From assembly GCA_964016885.1 (NCBI GenBank), contig OZ024759.1, positions 21,452,001 to 21,516,000 of the forward strand: 64,000 bases of DNA. The letters are read 5' to 3'. This DNA comes from Eledone cirrhosa. Lineage: Eukaryota. Positions 46,400 through 61,783 of the stretch are shown one piece after another. The notes beneath the pieces were generated by a model. That model was not told the origin of the DNA. It searched no databases and was given only the letters and a program-made list of their open reading frames with translations. Numbering within the stretch: the first letter of the stretch is position 1; each line of letters opens with the position of its first letter. The translations under genes and the position numbers were made by a program.

Positions 46400-49300
46400 A
46401 TAATGTTGGGTCTGTCTGTCTCTCCATACGACCCACAATTACATCTAATATAAGAATGGGCCTGTCTTTTGACGTTCCTGATATACAGTATATTGTGGTA
46501 GCTCTCACACCATATAGCCAACTCTTGCATCTAAGGATCAGCCTGTCTTTTAACGTCCCTGATACATAGTATATTGTGGTAACTCTCACACCATATAGCC
46601 AACTCTTACATCTAAGGTTGGGGCTGTCTTTTAACGTCACTGATACAGAGAATATTGTGGTAGCTCTCCATCCATACGGCCCACAATTACATCTGAGGAC
46701 GCGTCCCTTTAACATGCTTTAACATGCTTTATATACAGTATATTGTGGTTACTGTCATACCATATAGCCCACAGTTACATCTGAGGGTGGGTCTGTCTTT
46801 TAACATCCTTTATATACAGTATATTGTGGTAGCTGTCATACCATATAGCCCACAGTTACATCTGAGGATGGGTCTGTCTTTTAACATCCTTTATATACAG
46901 TATATTGTGGTAGCTGTCATACCATATAGCCCACAGTTACATTTGAGGGTGGGTCTGTCTTTTAACATCCTTTATATACAGTATATTGTGGTAGCTGTCA
47001 TACCATATAGCCCACATTTACATCTGAGGGTGGGTCTGTCTTTTAACATCCTTTATATACAGTATATTGTGGTAGCTGTCATACCATATAGCCCACAGTT
47101 ACATCTGTGGTAGCTGTCATACCATATAGCCCACAGTTACATCTGAGGATGGGTGTGTCTTTTAACATCCTTTATATACAGTATATTGTGGTAGCTGTCA
47201 TACCATATAGCCCACAGTTATATCTGAGGGTGGGTCTGTCTTTTAACATCCTTTATATACAGTATATTGTGGTAGCTGTCATACCATATAGCCCACAGTT
47301 ACATCTGAGGGTGGGTCTGTCTTTTAACATCCTTTATATACAGTATATTGTGGTAGCTGTCATACCATATAGCCCACAGTTACATATGAGGGTGGGTCTG
47401 TCTTTTAACATCCTTTATATACAGTATATTGTGGTAGCTGCCATGCCATATAGCCGACAGTTACATCTGAGGGTGGGTCTGTCTTTTAACATACTTTATA
47501 TACAGTATATTGTGGTAGCCGTCATACCATATAGCCCACAGTTATATCTGAGGGTGGGTCTGTCTTTTAACATCCTTTATATACAGTATATTGTGGTAGC
47601 TGTCATACCATATAGCCGACAGTTACATCTGAGGGTGGGTCTGTCTTTTAACATCCTTTATATACAGTATATTGTGGTTGCTGTCATAGCATATAGCCCA
47701 CAGTTACATCTGAGGATGGGTCTGTCTTTTAACATCCTTTATATACAGTATATTGTGGTAGCTGTCATACCATATAGCCCACAGTTACATCTGAGGGTGG
47801 GTCTGTCTTTTAACATCCTTTATATACAGTATATTGTGGTAGCTGTCATACCATATAGCCCACAGTTACATCTGAGGATGGGTCTGTCTTTTAACATCCT
47901 TTATATACAGTATATTGTGGTAGCTGTCATACCATATAGCCCACAGTTACATCTGAGGATGGGTCTGTCTTTTAACATCCTTTATATACAGTATATTGTG
48001 GTAGCTGTCATACCATATAGCCCACAGTTACATCTGAGGGTGAGTCTGTCTTTTAACATCCTTTATATACAGTATATTGTGGTAGCTGTCATACCATATA
48101 GCCCACAGTTACATCTGAGGATGGGTCTGTCTTTTAACATACTTTATATACAGTATATTGTGGTAGCTATCATACCATATAGCCCACAGTTACATCTGAG
48201 GATGGGTCTGTCTTTTAACATAATTTATATACAGTATATTGTGGTAGCTGTCATACCATATAGCCCACAGTTACATCTGAGGATGGGTGTGTCTTTTAAC
48301 ATCCTTTATATACAGTATATTGTGGTTGCTGTCATAGCATATAGCCCACAGTTACATCTGAGGATGGGTCTGTCTTTTAACATCCTTTATATACAGTATA
48401 TTGTGGTAGCTGTCATACCATATAGCCCACAGTTAGATCTGAGGATGGGTCTGTCTTTTAACATACTTTATACACAGTATATTGTGGTAGCTGTCATACC
48501 ATATAGCCCACAGTTACATCTGAGGATGGGTCTGTCTTTTAACATCCTTTATATACAGTATATTGTGGTAGCTGTCATACCATATAGCCCACAGTTACAT
48601 CTGAGGATGGGTGTGTCTTTTAACATCCTTTATATACAGTATATTGTGGTTGCTGTCATAGCATATAGCCCACAGTTACATCTGAGGATGGGTCTGTCTT
48701 TTAACATCCTTTATATACAGTATATTGTGGTAGCTGTCATACCATATAGCCCACAGTTACATCTGAGGGTGGGTCTGTCTTTTAACATCCTTTATATACA
48801 GTATATTGTGGTAGCTGTCATACCATATAGCCCACAGTTACATCTGAGGGTGGGTCTGTCTTTTAACATCCTTTATATACAGTATATTGTGGTAGCTGTC
48901 ATACCATATAGCCCACAGTTACATCTGAGGATGGGTCTGTCTTTTAACATCCTTTATATACAGTATATTGTGGTAGCTGTCATACCATATAGCCCACAGT
49001 TACATCTGAGGGTGGGTCTGTCTTTTAACATCCTTTATATACAGTATATTGTGGTAGCTGTCATACCATATAGCCCACAGTTACATCTGCGGATGGGTCT
49101 GTCTTTTAACATACTTTATATACAGTATATTGTGGTAGCTATCATACCATATAGCCCACAGTTACATCTGAGGATGGGTCTGTCTTTTAACATAATTTAT
49201 ATACAGTATATTGTGGTAGCTGTCATACCATATAGCCCACAGTTACATCTGAGGAGGGGTGTGTCTTTTAACATCCTTTATATACAGTATATTGTGGTAG

Positions 49301-52300
49301 CTGTCATAGCATATAGCCCACAGTTACATCTGAGGATGGGTCTGTCTTTTAACATCCTTTATATACAGTATATTGTGGTAGCTGTCATACCATATAGCCC
49401 ACAGTTACATCTGAGGATGGGTCTGTCTTTTAACATACTTTATATACAGTATATTGTGGTAGCTATCATACCATATATCCCACAGTTACATCTGAGGATG
49501 GGTCTGTCTTTTAACATAATTTATATACAGTATATTGTGGTAGCTGTCATACCATATAGCCCACAGTTACATCTGGGGATGGGTGTGTCTTTTAACATCC
49601 TTTATATACAGTATATTGTGGTTGCTGTCATAGCATATAGCCCACAGTTACATCTGAGGATGGGTCTGTCTTTTAACATCCTTTATATACAGTATATTGT
49701 GGTAGCTGTCATACCATATAGCCCACAGTTACATGTGAGGGTGAGTCTGTCTTTTAACATCCTTTATATACAGTATATTGTGGTAGCTGTCATACCATAT
49801 AGCCCACAGTTACATCTGCGGATGGGTCTGTCTTTTAACATACTTTATATACAGTATATTGTGGTAGCTATCATACCATATAGCCCACAGTTACATCTGA
49901 GGATGGGTCTGTCTTTTAACATAATTTATATACAGTATATTGTGGTAGCTGTCATACCATATAGCCCACAGTTACATCTGAGGAGGGGTGTGTCTTTTAA
50001 CATCCTTTATATACAGTATATTGTGGTAGCTGTCATAGCATATAGCCCACAGTTACATCTGAGGATGGGTCTGTCTTTTAACATCCTTTATATACAGTAT
50101 ATTGTGGTAGCTGTCATACCATATAGCCCACAGTTACATCTGAGGATGGGTCTGTCTTTTAACATACTTTATATACAGTATATTGTGGTAGCTATCATAC
50201 CATATATCCCACAGTTACATCTGAGGATGGGTCTGTCTTTTAACATAATTTATATACAGTATATTGTGGTAGCTGTCATACCATATAGCCCACAGTTACA
50301 TCTGGGGATGGGTGTGTCTTTTAACATCCTTTATATACAGTATATTGTGGTTGCTGTCATAGCATATAGCCCACAGTTACATCTGAGGATGGGTCTGTCT
50401 TTTAACATCCTTTATATACAGTATATTGTGGTAGCTGTCATACCATATAGCCCACAGTTACATGTGAGGGTGAGTCTGTCTTTTAACATCCTTTATATAC
50501 AGTATATTGTGGTTGCTGTCATAGCATATAGCCCACAGTTACATCTGAGGATGGGTCTGTCTTTTAACATCCTTTATATACAGTATATTGTGGTAGCTGT
50601 CATACCATATAGCCCACAGTTACATATGAGGGTGGGTCTGTCTTTTAACATCCTTTATATACAGTATATTGTGGTAGCTGCCATACCATATAGCCGACAG
50701 TTACATCTGAGGGTGGGTCTGTCTTTTAACATACTTTATATACAGTATATTGTGGTAGCTGTCATACCATATAGCCCACAGTTATATCTGAGGGTGGGTC
50801 TGTCTTTTAACATCCTTTATATACAGTATATTGTGGTAGCTGTCATACCATATAGCCGACAGTTACATCTGAGGGTGGGTCTGTCTTTTAACATCCTTTA
50901 TATACAGTATATTGTGGTTGCTGTCATAGCATATAGCCCACAGCTACATCTGAGGATGGGTCTGTCTTTTAACATCCTTTATATACAGTATATTGTGGTA
51001 GCTGTCATACCATATAGCCCACAGTTACATCTGAGGGTGGGTCTGTCTTTTAACATCCTTTATATACAGTATATTGTGGTAGCTGTCATACCATATAGCC
51101 CACAGTTACATCTGAGGATGGGTCTGTCTTTTAACATCCTTTATATACAGTATATTGTGGTAGCTGTCATACCATATAGCCCACAGTTACATCTGAGGGT
51201 GAGTCTGTCTTTTAACATCCTTTATATACAGTATATTGTGGTAGCTGTCATACCATATAGCCCACAGTTACATCTGAGGATGGGTCTGTCTTTTAACATA
51301 CTTTATATACAGTATATTGTGGTAGCTATCATACCATATAGCCCACAGTTACATCTGAGGATGGGTCTGTCTTTTAACATAATTTATATACAGTATATTG
51401 TGGTAGCTGTCATACCATATAGCCCACAGTTACATCTGAGGATGGGTCTGTCTTTTAACATCCTTTATATACAGTATATTGTGGTAGCTGTCATACCATA
51501 TAGCCCACAGTTACATCTGAGGATGGGTCTGTCTTTTAACATACTTTATATACAGTATATTGTGGTAGCTGTCATACCATATAGCCCACAGTTACATCTG
51601 AGGATGGGTCTTTCTTTTAACATAATTTATATACAGTATATTGTGGTAGCTGTCATACCATATAGCCCACAGTTACATCTGAGGATGGGTGTGTCTTTTA
51701 ACATCCTTTATATACAGTATATTGTGGTTGCTGTCATAGCATATAGCCCACAGTTACATCTGAGGATGGGTCTGTCTTTTAACATCCTTTATATACAGTA
51801 TATTGTGGTAGCTGTCATACCATATAGCCCACAGTTACATCTGAGGGTGGGTCTGTCTTTTACCATCCTTTATATACAGTATATTGTGGTAGCTGTCATA
51901 CCATATAGCCCACAGTTACATCTGAGGGTGGGTCTGTCTTTTAACATCCTTTATATACAGTATATTGTGGTTGCTGTCATACCATATAGCCCACAGTTAC
52001 ATCTGTGGTAGCTGTCATACCATATAGCCCACAGTTACATCTGAGGGTGGGTCTGTCTTTTAACATCCTTTATATAGAGTATATTGTGATAGCTGTCATA
52101 CCATATAGCCCACAGTTACATCTCAGGGTGGGTCTGTCTTTTAACATCATTTATATACAGTATATTGTGGTAGCTGTCATACCATGTAGCCCACAGTTAC
52201 ATCTGAGGATGGGTCTGTCTTTTAACATCCTTTATATACAGTATATTGTGGTAGCTGTCATACCATATAGCCCACAGTTATATCTGAGGGTGGGTCTGTC

Positions 52301-55300
52301 TTTTAACATCCTTTATATACAGTATATTGTGATAGCTGTCATACCATATAGCCCACAGTTACATCTCAGGGTGGGTCTGTCTTTTAACATCATTTATATA
52401 CAGTATATTGTGGTAGCTGTCATACCATGTAGCCCACAGTTACATCTGAGGATGGGTCTGTCTTTTAACATCCTTTATATACAGTATATTGTGGTAGCTG
52501 TCATACCATATAGCCCACAGTTACATGTGAGGGTGAGTCTGTCTTTTAACATCCTTTATATACAGTATATTGTGGTAGCTGTCATACCATATAGCCCACA
52601 GTTACATCTGAGGGTGGGTCTGTCTTTTAACATCCTTTATATACAGTATATTGTGGTAGCTTTCATACCATATAGCCCACAGTTACATCTGCGGATGGGT
52701 CTGTCTTTTAACATACTTTATATACAGTATATTGTGGTAGCTATCATACCATATAGCCCACAGTTACATCTGAGGATGGGTCTGTCTTTTAACATAATTT
52801 ATATACAGTATATTGTGGTAGCTGTCATACCATATAGCCCACAGTTACATCTGAGGATGGGTGTGTCTTTTAACATCCTTTATATACAGTATATTGTGGT
52901 TGCTGTCATAGCATATAGCCCACAGTTACATCTGAGGATGGGTCTGTCTTTTAACATCCTTTATATACAGTATATTGTGGTAGCTGTCATACCATATAGC
53001 CCAGAGTTACATCTGAGGATGGGTCTGTCTTTTAACATTCTTTATATACAGTATATTGTGGTAGCTATCATACCATATATCCCACAGTTACATCTGAGGA
53101 TGGGTCTGTCTTTTAACATAATTTATATACAGTATATTGTGGTAGCTGTCATACCATATAGCCCACAGTTACATCTGGGGATGGGTGTGTCTTTTAACAT
53201 CCTTTATATACAGTATATTGTGGTTGCTGTCATAGCATATAGCCCACAGTTACATCTGAGGATGGGTCTGTCTTTTAACATCCTTTATATACAGTATATT
53301 GTGGTAGCTGTCATACCATATAGCCCACAGTTACATGTGAGGGTGAGTCTGTCTTTTAACATCCTTTATATACAGTATATTGTGGTTGCTGTCATAGCAT
53401 ATAGCCCACAGTTACATCTGAGGATGGGTCTGTCTTTTAACATCCTTTATATACAGTATATTGTGGTAGCTGTCATACCATATACCCCACAGTTACATCT
53501 GAGGGTGGGTCTGTCTTTTAACATCCTTTATATACAGTATATTTGTGGTAGCTGTCATACCATATAGCCCACAGTTACATATGAGGGTGGGTCTGTCTTT
53601 TAACATCCTTTATATACAGTATATTGTGGTAGCTGCCATACCATATAGCCGACAGTTACATCTGAGGGTGGGTCTGTCTTTTAACATACTTTATATACAG
53701 TATATTGTGGTAGCTGTCATACCATATAGCCCACAGTTATATCTGAGGGTGGGTCTGTCTTTTAACATCCTTTATATACAGTATATTGTGGTAGCTGTCA
53801 TACCATATAGCCGACAGTTACATCTGAGGGTGGGTCTGTCTTTTAACATACTTTATATACAGTATATTGTGGTAGCTGTCATACCATATAGCCCACAGTT
53901 ACATATGAGGGTGGGTCTGTCTTTTAACATCCTTTATATACAGTATATTGTGGTAGCTGCCATACCATATAGCCGACAGTTACATCTGAGGGTGGGTCTG
54001 TCTTTTAACATACTTTATATACAGTATATTGTGGTAGCTGTCATACCATATAGCCCACAGTTATATCTGAGGGTGGGTCTGTCTTTTAACATCCTTTATA
54101 TACAGTATATTGTGGTAGCTGTCATACCATATAGCCGACAGTTACATCTGAGGGTGGGTCTGTCTTTTAACATCCTTTATATACAGTATATTGTGGTTGC
54201 TGTCATAGCATATAGCCCACAGCTACATCTGAGGATGGGTCTGTCTTTTAACATCCTTTATATACAGTATATTGTGGTAGCTGTCATACCATATAGCCCA
54301 CAGTTACATCTGAGGGTGGGTCTGTCTTTTAACATCCTTTATATACAGTATATTGTGGTAGCTGTCATACCATATAGCCCACAGTTACATCTGAGGATGG
54401 GTCTGTCTTTTAACATCCTTTATATACAGTATATTGTGGTAGCTGTCATACCATATAGCCCACAGTTACATCTGAGGGTGAGTCTGTCTTTTAACATCCT
54501 TTATATACAGTATATTGTGGTAGCTGTCATACCATATAGCCCACAGTTACATCTGAGGATGGGTCTGTCTTTTAACATACTTTATATACAGTATATTGTG
54601 GTAGCTATCATACCATATAGCCCACAGTTACATCTGAGGATGGGTCTGTCTTTTAACATAATTTATATACAGTATATTGTGGTAGCTGTCATACCATATA
54701 GCCCACAGTTACATCTGAGGATGGGTCTGTCTTTTAACATCCTTTATATACAGTATATTGTGGTAGCTGTCATACCATATAGCCCACAGTTACATCTGAG
54801 GATGGGTCTGTCTTTTAACATACTTTATATACAGTATATTGTGGTAGCTGTCATACCATATAGCCCACAGTTACATCTGAGGATGGGTCTTTCTTTTAAC
54901 ATAATTTATATACAGTATATTGTGGTAGCTGTCATACCATATAGCCCACAGTTACATCTGAGGATGGGTGTGTCTTTTAACATCCTTTATATACAGTATA
55001 TTGTGGTTGCTGTCATAGCATATAGCCCACAGTTACATCTGAGGATGGGTCTGTCTTTTAACATCCTTTATATACAGTATATTGTGGTAGCTGTCATACC
55101 ATATAGCCCACAGTTACATCTGAGGGTGGGTCTGTCTTTTACCATCCTTTATATACAGTATATTGTGGTAGCTGTCATACCATATAGCCCACAGTTACAT
55201 CTGAGGGTGGGTCTGTCTTTTAACATCCTTTATATACAGTATATTGTGGTTGCTGTCATACCATATAGCCCACAGTTACATCTGTGGTAGCTGTCATACC

Positions 55301-58300
55301 ATATAGCCCACAGTTACATCTGAGGGTGGGTCTGTCTTTTAACATCCTTTATATAGAGTATATTGTGATAGCTGTCATACCATATAGCCCACAGTTACAT
55401 CTCAGGGTGGGTCTGTCTTTTAACATCATTTATATACAGTATATTGTGGTAGCTGTCATACCATGTAGCCCACAGTTACATCTGAGGATGGGTCTGTCTT
55501 TTAACATCCTTTATATACAGTATATTGTGGTAGCTGTCATACCATATAGCCCACAGTTATATCTGAGGGTGGGTCTGTCTTTTAACATCCTTTATATACA
55601 GTATATTGTGATAGCTGTCATACCATATAGCCCACAGTTACATCTCAGGGTGGGTCTGTCTTTTAACATCATTTATATACAGTATATTGTGGTAGCTGTC
55701 ATACCATGTAGCCCACAGTTACATCTGAGGATGGGTCTGTCTTTTAACATCCTTTATATACAGTATATTGTGGTAGCTGTCATACCATATAGCCCACAGT
55801 TACATGTGAGGGTGAGTCTGTCTTTTAACATCCTTTATATACAGTATATTGTGGTAGCTGTCATACCATATAGCCCACAGTTACATCTGAAGGTGGGTCT
55901 GTCTTTTAACATCCTTTATATACAGTATATTGTGGTAGCTTTCATACCATATAGCCCACAGTTACATCTGCGGATGGGTCTGTCTTTTAACATACTTTAT
56001 ATACAGTATATTGTGGTAGCTATCATACCATATAGCCCACAGTTACATCTGAGGATGGGTCTGTCTTTTAACATAATTTATATACAGTATATTGTGGTAG
56101 CTGTCATACCATATAGCCCACAGTTACATCTGAGGATGGGTGTGTCTTTTAACATCCTTTATATACAGTATATTGTGGTTGCTGTCATAGCATATAGCCC
56201 ACAGTTACATCTGAGGATGGGTCTGTCTTTTAACATCCTTTATATACAGTATATTGTGGTAGCTGTCATACCATATAGCCCACAGTTACATCTGAGGATG
56301 GGTCTGTCTTTTAACATACTTTATATACAGTATATTGTGGTAGCTATCATACCATATATCCCACAGTTACATCTGAGGATGGGTCTGTCTTTTAACATAA
56401 TTTATATACAGTATATTGTGGTAGCTGTCATACCATATAGCCCACAGTTACATCTGGGGATGGGTGTGTCTTTTAACATCCTTTATATACAGTATATTGT
56501 GGTTGCTGTCATAGCATATAGCCCACAGTTACATCTGAGGATGGGTCTGTCTTTTAACATCCTTTATATACAGTATATTGTGGTAGCTGTCATACCATAT
56601 AGCCCACAGTTACATGTGAGGGTGAGTCTGTCTTTTAACATCCTTTATATACAGTATATTGTGGTTGCTGTCATAGCATATAGCCCACAGTTACATCTGA
56701 GGATGGGTCTGTCTTTTAACATCCTTTATATACAGTATATTGTGGTAGCTGTCATACCATATACCCCACAGTTACATCTGAGGGTGGGTCTGTCTTTTAA
56801 CATCCTTTATATACAGTATATTTGTGGTAGCTGTCATACCATATAGCCCACAGTTACATATGAGGGTGGGTCTGTCTTTTAACATCCTTTATATACAGTA
56901 TATTGTGGTAGCTGCCATACCATATAGCCGACAGTTACATCTGAGGGTGGGTCTGTCTTTTAACATACTTTATATACAGTATATTGTGGTAGCTGTCATA
57001 CCATATAGCCCACAGTTATATCTGAGGGTGGGTCTGTCTTTTAACATCCTTTATATACAGTATATTGTGGTAGCTGTCATACCATATAGCCGACAGTTAC
57101 ATCTGAGGGTGGGTCTGTCTTTTAACATCCTTTATATACAGTATATTGTGGTTGCTGTCATAGCATATAGCCCACAGTTACATCTGAGGATGGGTCTGTC
57201 TTTTAACATCCTTTATATACAGTATATTGTGGTAGCTGTCATACCATATAGCCCACAGTTACATCTGAGGGTGGGTCTGTCTTTTAACATCCTTTATATA
57301 CAGTATATTGTGGTAGCTGTCATACCATATAGCCCACAGTTACATCTGAGGATGGGTCTGTCTTTTAACATCCTTTATATACAGTATATTGTGGTAGCTG
57401 TCATACCATATAGCCCACAGTTACATGTGAGGGTGGGTCTGTCTTTTAACATCCTTTATATACAGTATATTGTGGTTGCTGTCATAGCATATAGCCCACA
57501 GTTACATCTGAGGATGGGTCTGTCTTTTAACATCCTTTATATACAGTATATTGTGGTAGCTGTCATACCATATAGCCCACAGTTACATGTGAGGGTGGGT
57601 CTGTCTTTTAACATCCTTTATATACAGTATATTGTGGTAGCTGTCATACCATATAGCCCACAGTTACATCTGAGGATGGGTCTGTCTTTTAACATCCTTT
57701 ATATACAGTATATTGTGGTAGCTGTCATACCATATAGCCCACAGTTATATCTGAGGGTGGGTCTGTCTTTTAACATCCTTTATATACAGTATATTGTGGT
57801 AGCTGTCATACCATATAGCCCACAGTTACATATGAGGGTGGGTCTGTCTTTTAACATCCTTTATATACAGTATATTGTGGTAGCTGTCATACCATATAAC
57901 CCACAGTTACATCTGAGGGTGGGTCTGTCTTTTAACATACTTTATATACAGTATATTGTGGTAGCTGTCATACCATATAGCCCACAGTTACATATGAGGG
58001 TGGGTCTGTCTTTTAACATGCTTTATATACAGTATATTGTGGTAGCTGCCATACCATATAGTCCACAGTTACATCTGAGGGTGGGTCTGTCTTTTAACAT
58101 ACTTTATATACAGTATATTGTGGTAGCTGTCATACCATATAGCCCACAGTTACATCTGAGGGTGGGTCTGTCTTTTAACATCCTTTATATACAGTATATT
58201 GTGGTAGCTGTCATACCATATAGCCCACAGTTACATCTGAGGATGGGTCTGTCTTTTAACATCCTTTATATACAGTATATTGTGGTTGCTGTCATAGCAT

Positions 58301-60480
58301 ATAGCCCACAGTTACATCTGAGGATGTGTCTGTCTTTTAACATCATTTATATACAGTATATTGTGGTAGCTGTCATACCATATAGCCCACAGTTACATCT
58401 GAGGATGGGTCTGTCTTTTAACATCCTTTATATACAGTATATTGTTGTAGCTGTCATACCATATAGCCCACAGTTACATCTGAGGGTGGGTCTGTCTTTT
58501 AACATCCTTTATATACAGTATATTGTGGTAGCTGTCATACCATATAGCCCACAGTTACATCTGTGGTAGCTGTCATCCCATATAGCCCACAGTTACATCT
58601 GAGGGTGGGTCTGTCTTTTAACATCCTTTATATACAGTATATTGTGATAGCTATCATACCATATAGCCCACAGTTACATCTGAGGGTGGGTCTGTCTTTT
58701 AACATACTTTATATACAGTATATTGTGGTAGCTGTCATACCATATAGCCCACACTTACATCTGAGTATGGGTCTGTCTTTTAACATACTTTATATACAGT
58801 ATATTGTGGTAGCTGTCATACCATATAGCCCACAGTTACATCTGTGGTAGCTGTCATACCATATAGCCCACAGTTACATCTGAGGATGGGTGTGTCTTTT
58901 AACATCCTTTATATACAGTATATTGTGGTAGCTGTCATACCATATAGTCCATAGTTACATCTGAGGGTGGGTCTGTCTTTTAACATCCTTTATATACAGT
59001 ATATTGTGGTAGCTGTCATACCATATAGCCCAGAGTTACATCTGAGGATGGGTCTGTCTTTTAACATACTTTATATACAGTATATTGTGGTAGCTGTCAT
59101 ACCATATAGCCCACAGTTACATCTGAGGATGGGTCTGTCTTTTAACATCCTTTATATACAGTATATTGTGGTAGCTGTCATACCATATAGCCCACAGTTA
59201 TATCTGAGGATGGGTCTGTCTTTTAACATCCTTTATATACAGTATATTGTGGTAGCTGTCATACCATATAGCCCACAGTTACATCTGAGGGTGGGGCTGT
59301 CTTTTAACATCCTTTATATACAGTATATTGTGGTAGCTGTTATACCATATAGCCCACAGTTACATCTGTGGTAGCTGTCATACCATATAACCCACAGTTA
59401 CATCTAAGGGTGGGTCTGTCTTTTAACATCCTTTATATACAGTATATTGTGGTAGCTGTCATACCATATAACCCACAGTTACATCTAAGGGTGGGTCTGT
59501 CTTTTAACATCCTTTATATACAGTATATTGTGGTAGCTGTCATACCATATAACCCACAGTTACATCTGAGGATAGGTCTGTCTTTTAACATCCTTTATAT
59601 ACAGTATATTGTGGTAGCTGTCATTCCATATAGCCCACAGTTACATTTGAGAATGGGTCTGTCTTTTAACATCCTTTATATACAGTATATTGTGGTAGCT
59701 GTCATACCATATATCCCACAGTTACATCTGAGGATAGGTCTGTCTTTTAACATCCTTTATATACAGTATATTGTGGTAGCTGTCATACCATATAACCCAC
59801 AGTTACATCTAAGGGTGGGTCTGTCTTTTAACATCCTTTATATACAGTATATTGTGGTAGCTGTCATACCATATAGCCCACAGTTACATCTGAGGGTGGG
59901 TGTGTCTTTTAACATCCTTTATATACAGTATATTGTGGTAGCTGTCATACCATATATCCCACAGTTACATCTGAGGATAGGCCTGTCTTTTAACATCCTT
60001 TATATACAGTATATTGTGGTAGCTGTCATACCATATAGCCCACAGTTACATCTGAGGGTGGGTCTGTCTTTTAACATCCTTTATATACAGTATATTGTGG
60101 TAGCTGTCATACCATATAACCCACAGTTACATCTGAGTATAGGTCTGTCTTTTAACATCCTTTATATACAGTATATTGTGGTAGCTGTCATACCATATAG
60201 CCCACAGTTACATCTGAGGGTGGGTCTGTCTTTTAACATCCTTTATATACAGTATATTGTGGTAGCTGTCATACCATATAGCCCACAGTTACATCTGAGG
60301 GTGGGTCTGTCTTTTAACATCCTTTATATACAGTATATTGTGGTAGCTGTCATACCATATAGCCCACAGTTACATCTGAGGGTGGGTCTGTCTTTTAACA
60401 TCTTTTATATACAGTATATTGTGGTAGCTGTCATACCATATAGCCCACAGTTACATCTGAGAGTGGGTCTGTCTTTTAAT
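46400..60480 (+). repeat. 81-bp satellite array (~170 monomers) with higher-order repeats
   Basis: Monomer TATTGTGGTAGCTGTCATACCATATAGCCCACAGTTACATCTGAGG(G/A)TGGGTCTGTCTTTTAACATCCTTTATATACAGTA; the period is measured from 46741 to 46822. Diverged monomers lie at 46400-46720. Confidence 0.98.
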
Positions 60481-60520
60481 ATAGAATATATATGTCGTAG
60501 CTGCCCTCTCCCCTTCTACA

Positions 60521-60632
60521 GCTGAGTAAATTAGAGCAACGTGAAATAAAGTGTCTTGCTCAAGGACACAAGACATCACCCGGTCCGAGAATCGAACTCA
60601 CAACCTTTCGATTGCAAGCCCAATGCTCTAAC
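60521..60632 (-). mobile_element. Second tRNA-SINE family (CORE/V-type head)
   Basis: Reverse complement GGTTAGAGCATTGGGCTTGCAATCGAAAGGTTGTGAGTTCGATTCTC (tRNA-like with B box), then TGTGTCCTTGAGCAAGACACTTTATTTCAC. Confidence 0.75.
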
Positions 60633-60639
60633 CAAAATC

Positions 60640-61095
60640 ACACTTCTGATGCCACTCCATGAGCCTAGCCCTCTTTGATTTTCTTTTGGGGTCTCGGAAG
60701 CTCCTCTCTGGTGAAGGGTCGTGTCTCCATATCCAGTTGATCATACAACTGCGGAGGGCCCTAAAATGGTCCAGCCATTTCCTCTTCCTATCCTCGGGTC
60801 CTGTTTCCTGGATCTGACTCGAACCCCTTCTCTTCCTCCCTATGATCATCCAGCTCTCCTTACACCTAGACCTGTCAACCGCTCTCTCCACACTTCTGAT
60901 CTTCTTTATCAGAGCTGACGTGCTTCCTCTTCTTCTCTCTCCTCGGCACCAGGGTCTCACTTGCATTGGTGAAGTACCGGTACCTCCCCGTCACACTCTC
61001 CTTAGTCCCTCCAATCTCTCCCTCGTCTGAGCACTGAACCTGTTCCCCACTTCTACTGTGAACCTCTCATGTAGCTTATTATCTTCCTTGAAACA
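60640..61095 (-). pseudogene. Decayed RTE-type LINE ORF (region between endonuclease and RT)
   Basis: Frameshifted peptides KLHERFTVEVGNRFSA / ESVTGRYRYF / KIRSVERAVDRSRCKESW / PEDRKRKWLDHFRAL / LDMETRPFTREEL...IKEG*AHG occur in the expected order. 60866-60948 is re-duplicated at 61340-61422. Confidence 0.65.
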
Positions 61096-61105
61096 TATAA
61101 ATATG

Positions 61106-61147
<42 letters not shown>

Positions 61148-61185
61148 TAGATAATTATTCATAAACTTATGTATTTATATATATG

Positions 61186-61305
61186 CAGAATGTTGAGACC
61201 CTGGTCGACTTTGTCAAGGACTTCTTCCATCCTTCTGAGGCTATCCTCAAACTTACCTTCATAACTAGGTGCGTCGGGTGGCCGATATGTGACACATATT
61301 GCCAT
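61186..61305 (-). pseudogene. APE-endonuclease fragment of a CR1/L2-group LINE
   Basis: MAICVTYRPPDAPSYEGKFEDSLRRMEEVLDKVDQGLNIL contains the YRPP motif and breaks off just before the expected GDFN. Confidence 0.6.
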
Positions 61306-61591
61306 TTACAGTTGCTTCATATGTACTATCAGTGTGTCATTTAGACATATCAACCGCTCTCTCCACACTTCTGATCTTCTCTATCAGAGCTGACGTGCTC
61401 CCCCTTCTTCTCTCTCCTCGGCATATATACATATACACCCACACATATATTTATCTCCATAACAATTGTTGTGTATATATGTACAACAACCCCATCTTCA
61501 CAACACCACCAATGCGTTAATAATTGTCTTATACATAAGACAATTATTAACGTATATACACCCACACATATGTGTATATATATTTATCTCC

Positions 61592-61783
61592 ATAATAATT
61601 GTTTCTACATTTGACACAAGGCCAGCAATTACTCCAGTGTATTACTGGTTCTTTATTTTATCGACCCCGTAAGGATGAAAGGCAAAGTTAACCTCGGCGG
61701 GATTTGAACTCAGTCCGTAAAGGGACTAACTGTGCTGCAAAGCATGGCGTCCGACCCTCTATCGATACTGCCAATCCACCGCC
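61592..61783 (-). mobile_element. Full-length tRNA-SINE
   Basis: Complete from the tail to ...GCCAATCCACCGCC. Confidence 0.88.

Noticed and set aside
46724-60525. Very long ORFs (up to 1634 aa) of 27-aa repeats
   Set aside because: They arise because the 81-bp monomer is a multiple of 3 and stop-free in one frame. The array has repeated frameshifts (38-bp units, +1 T) and an in-frame TAG near 58952, with no unique N- or C-terminal domain.
60560-60632. Possible tRNA gene
   Set aside because: The tRNA-like head has no complete acceptor stem and runs directly into a SINE body.
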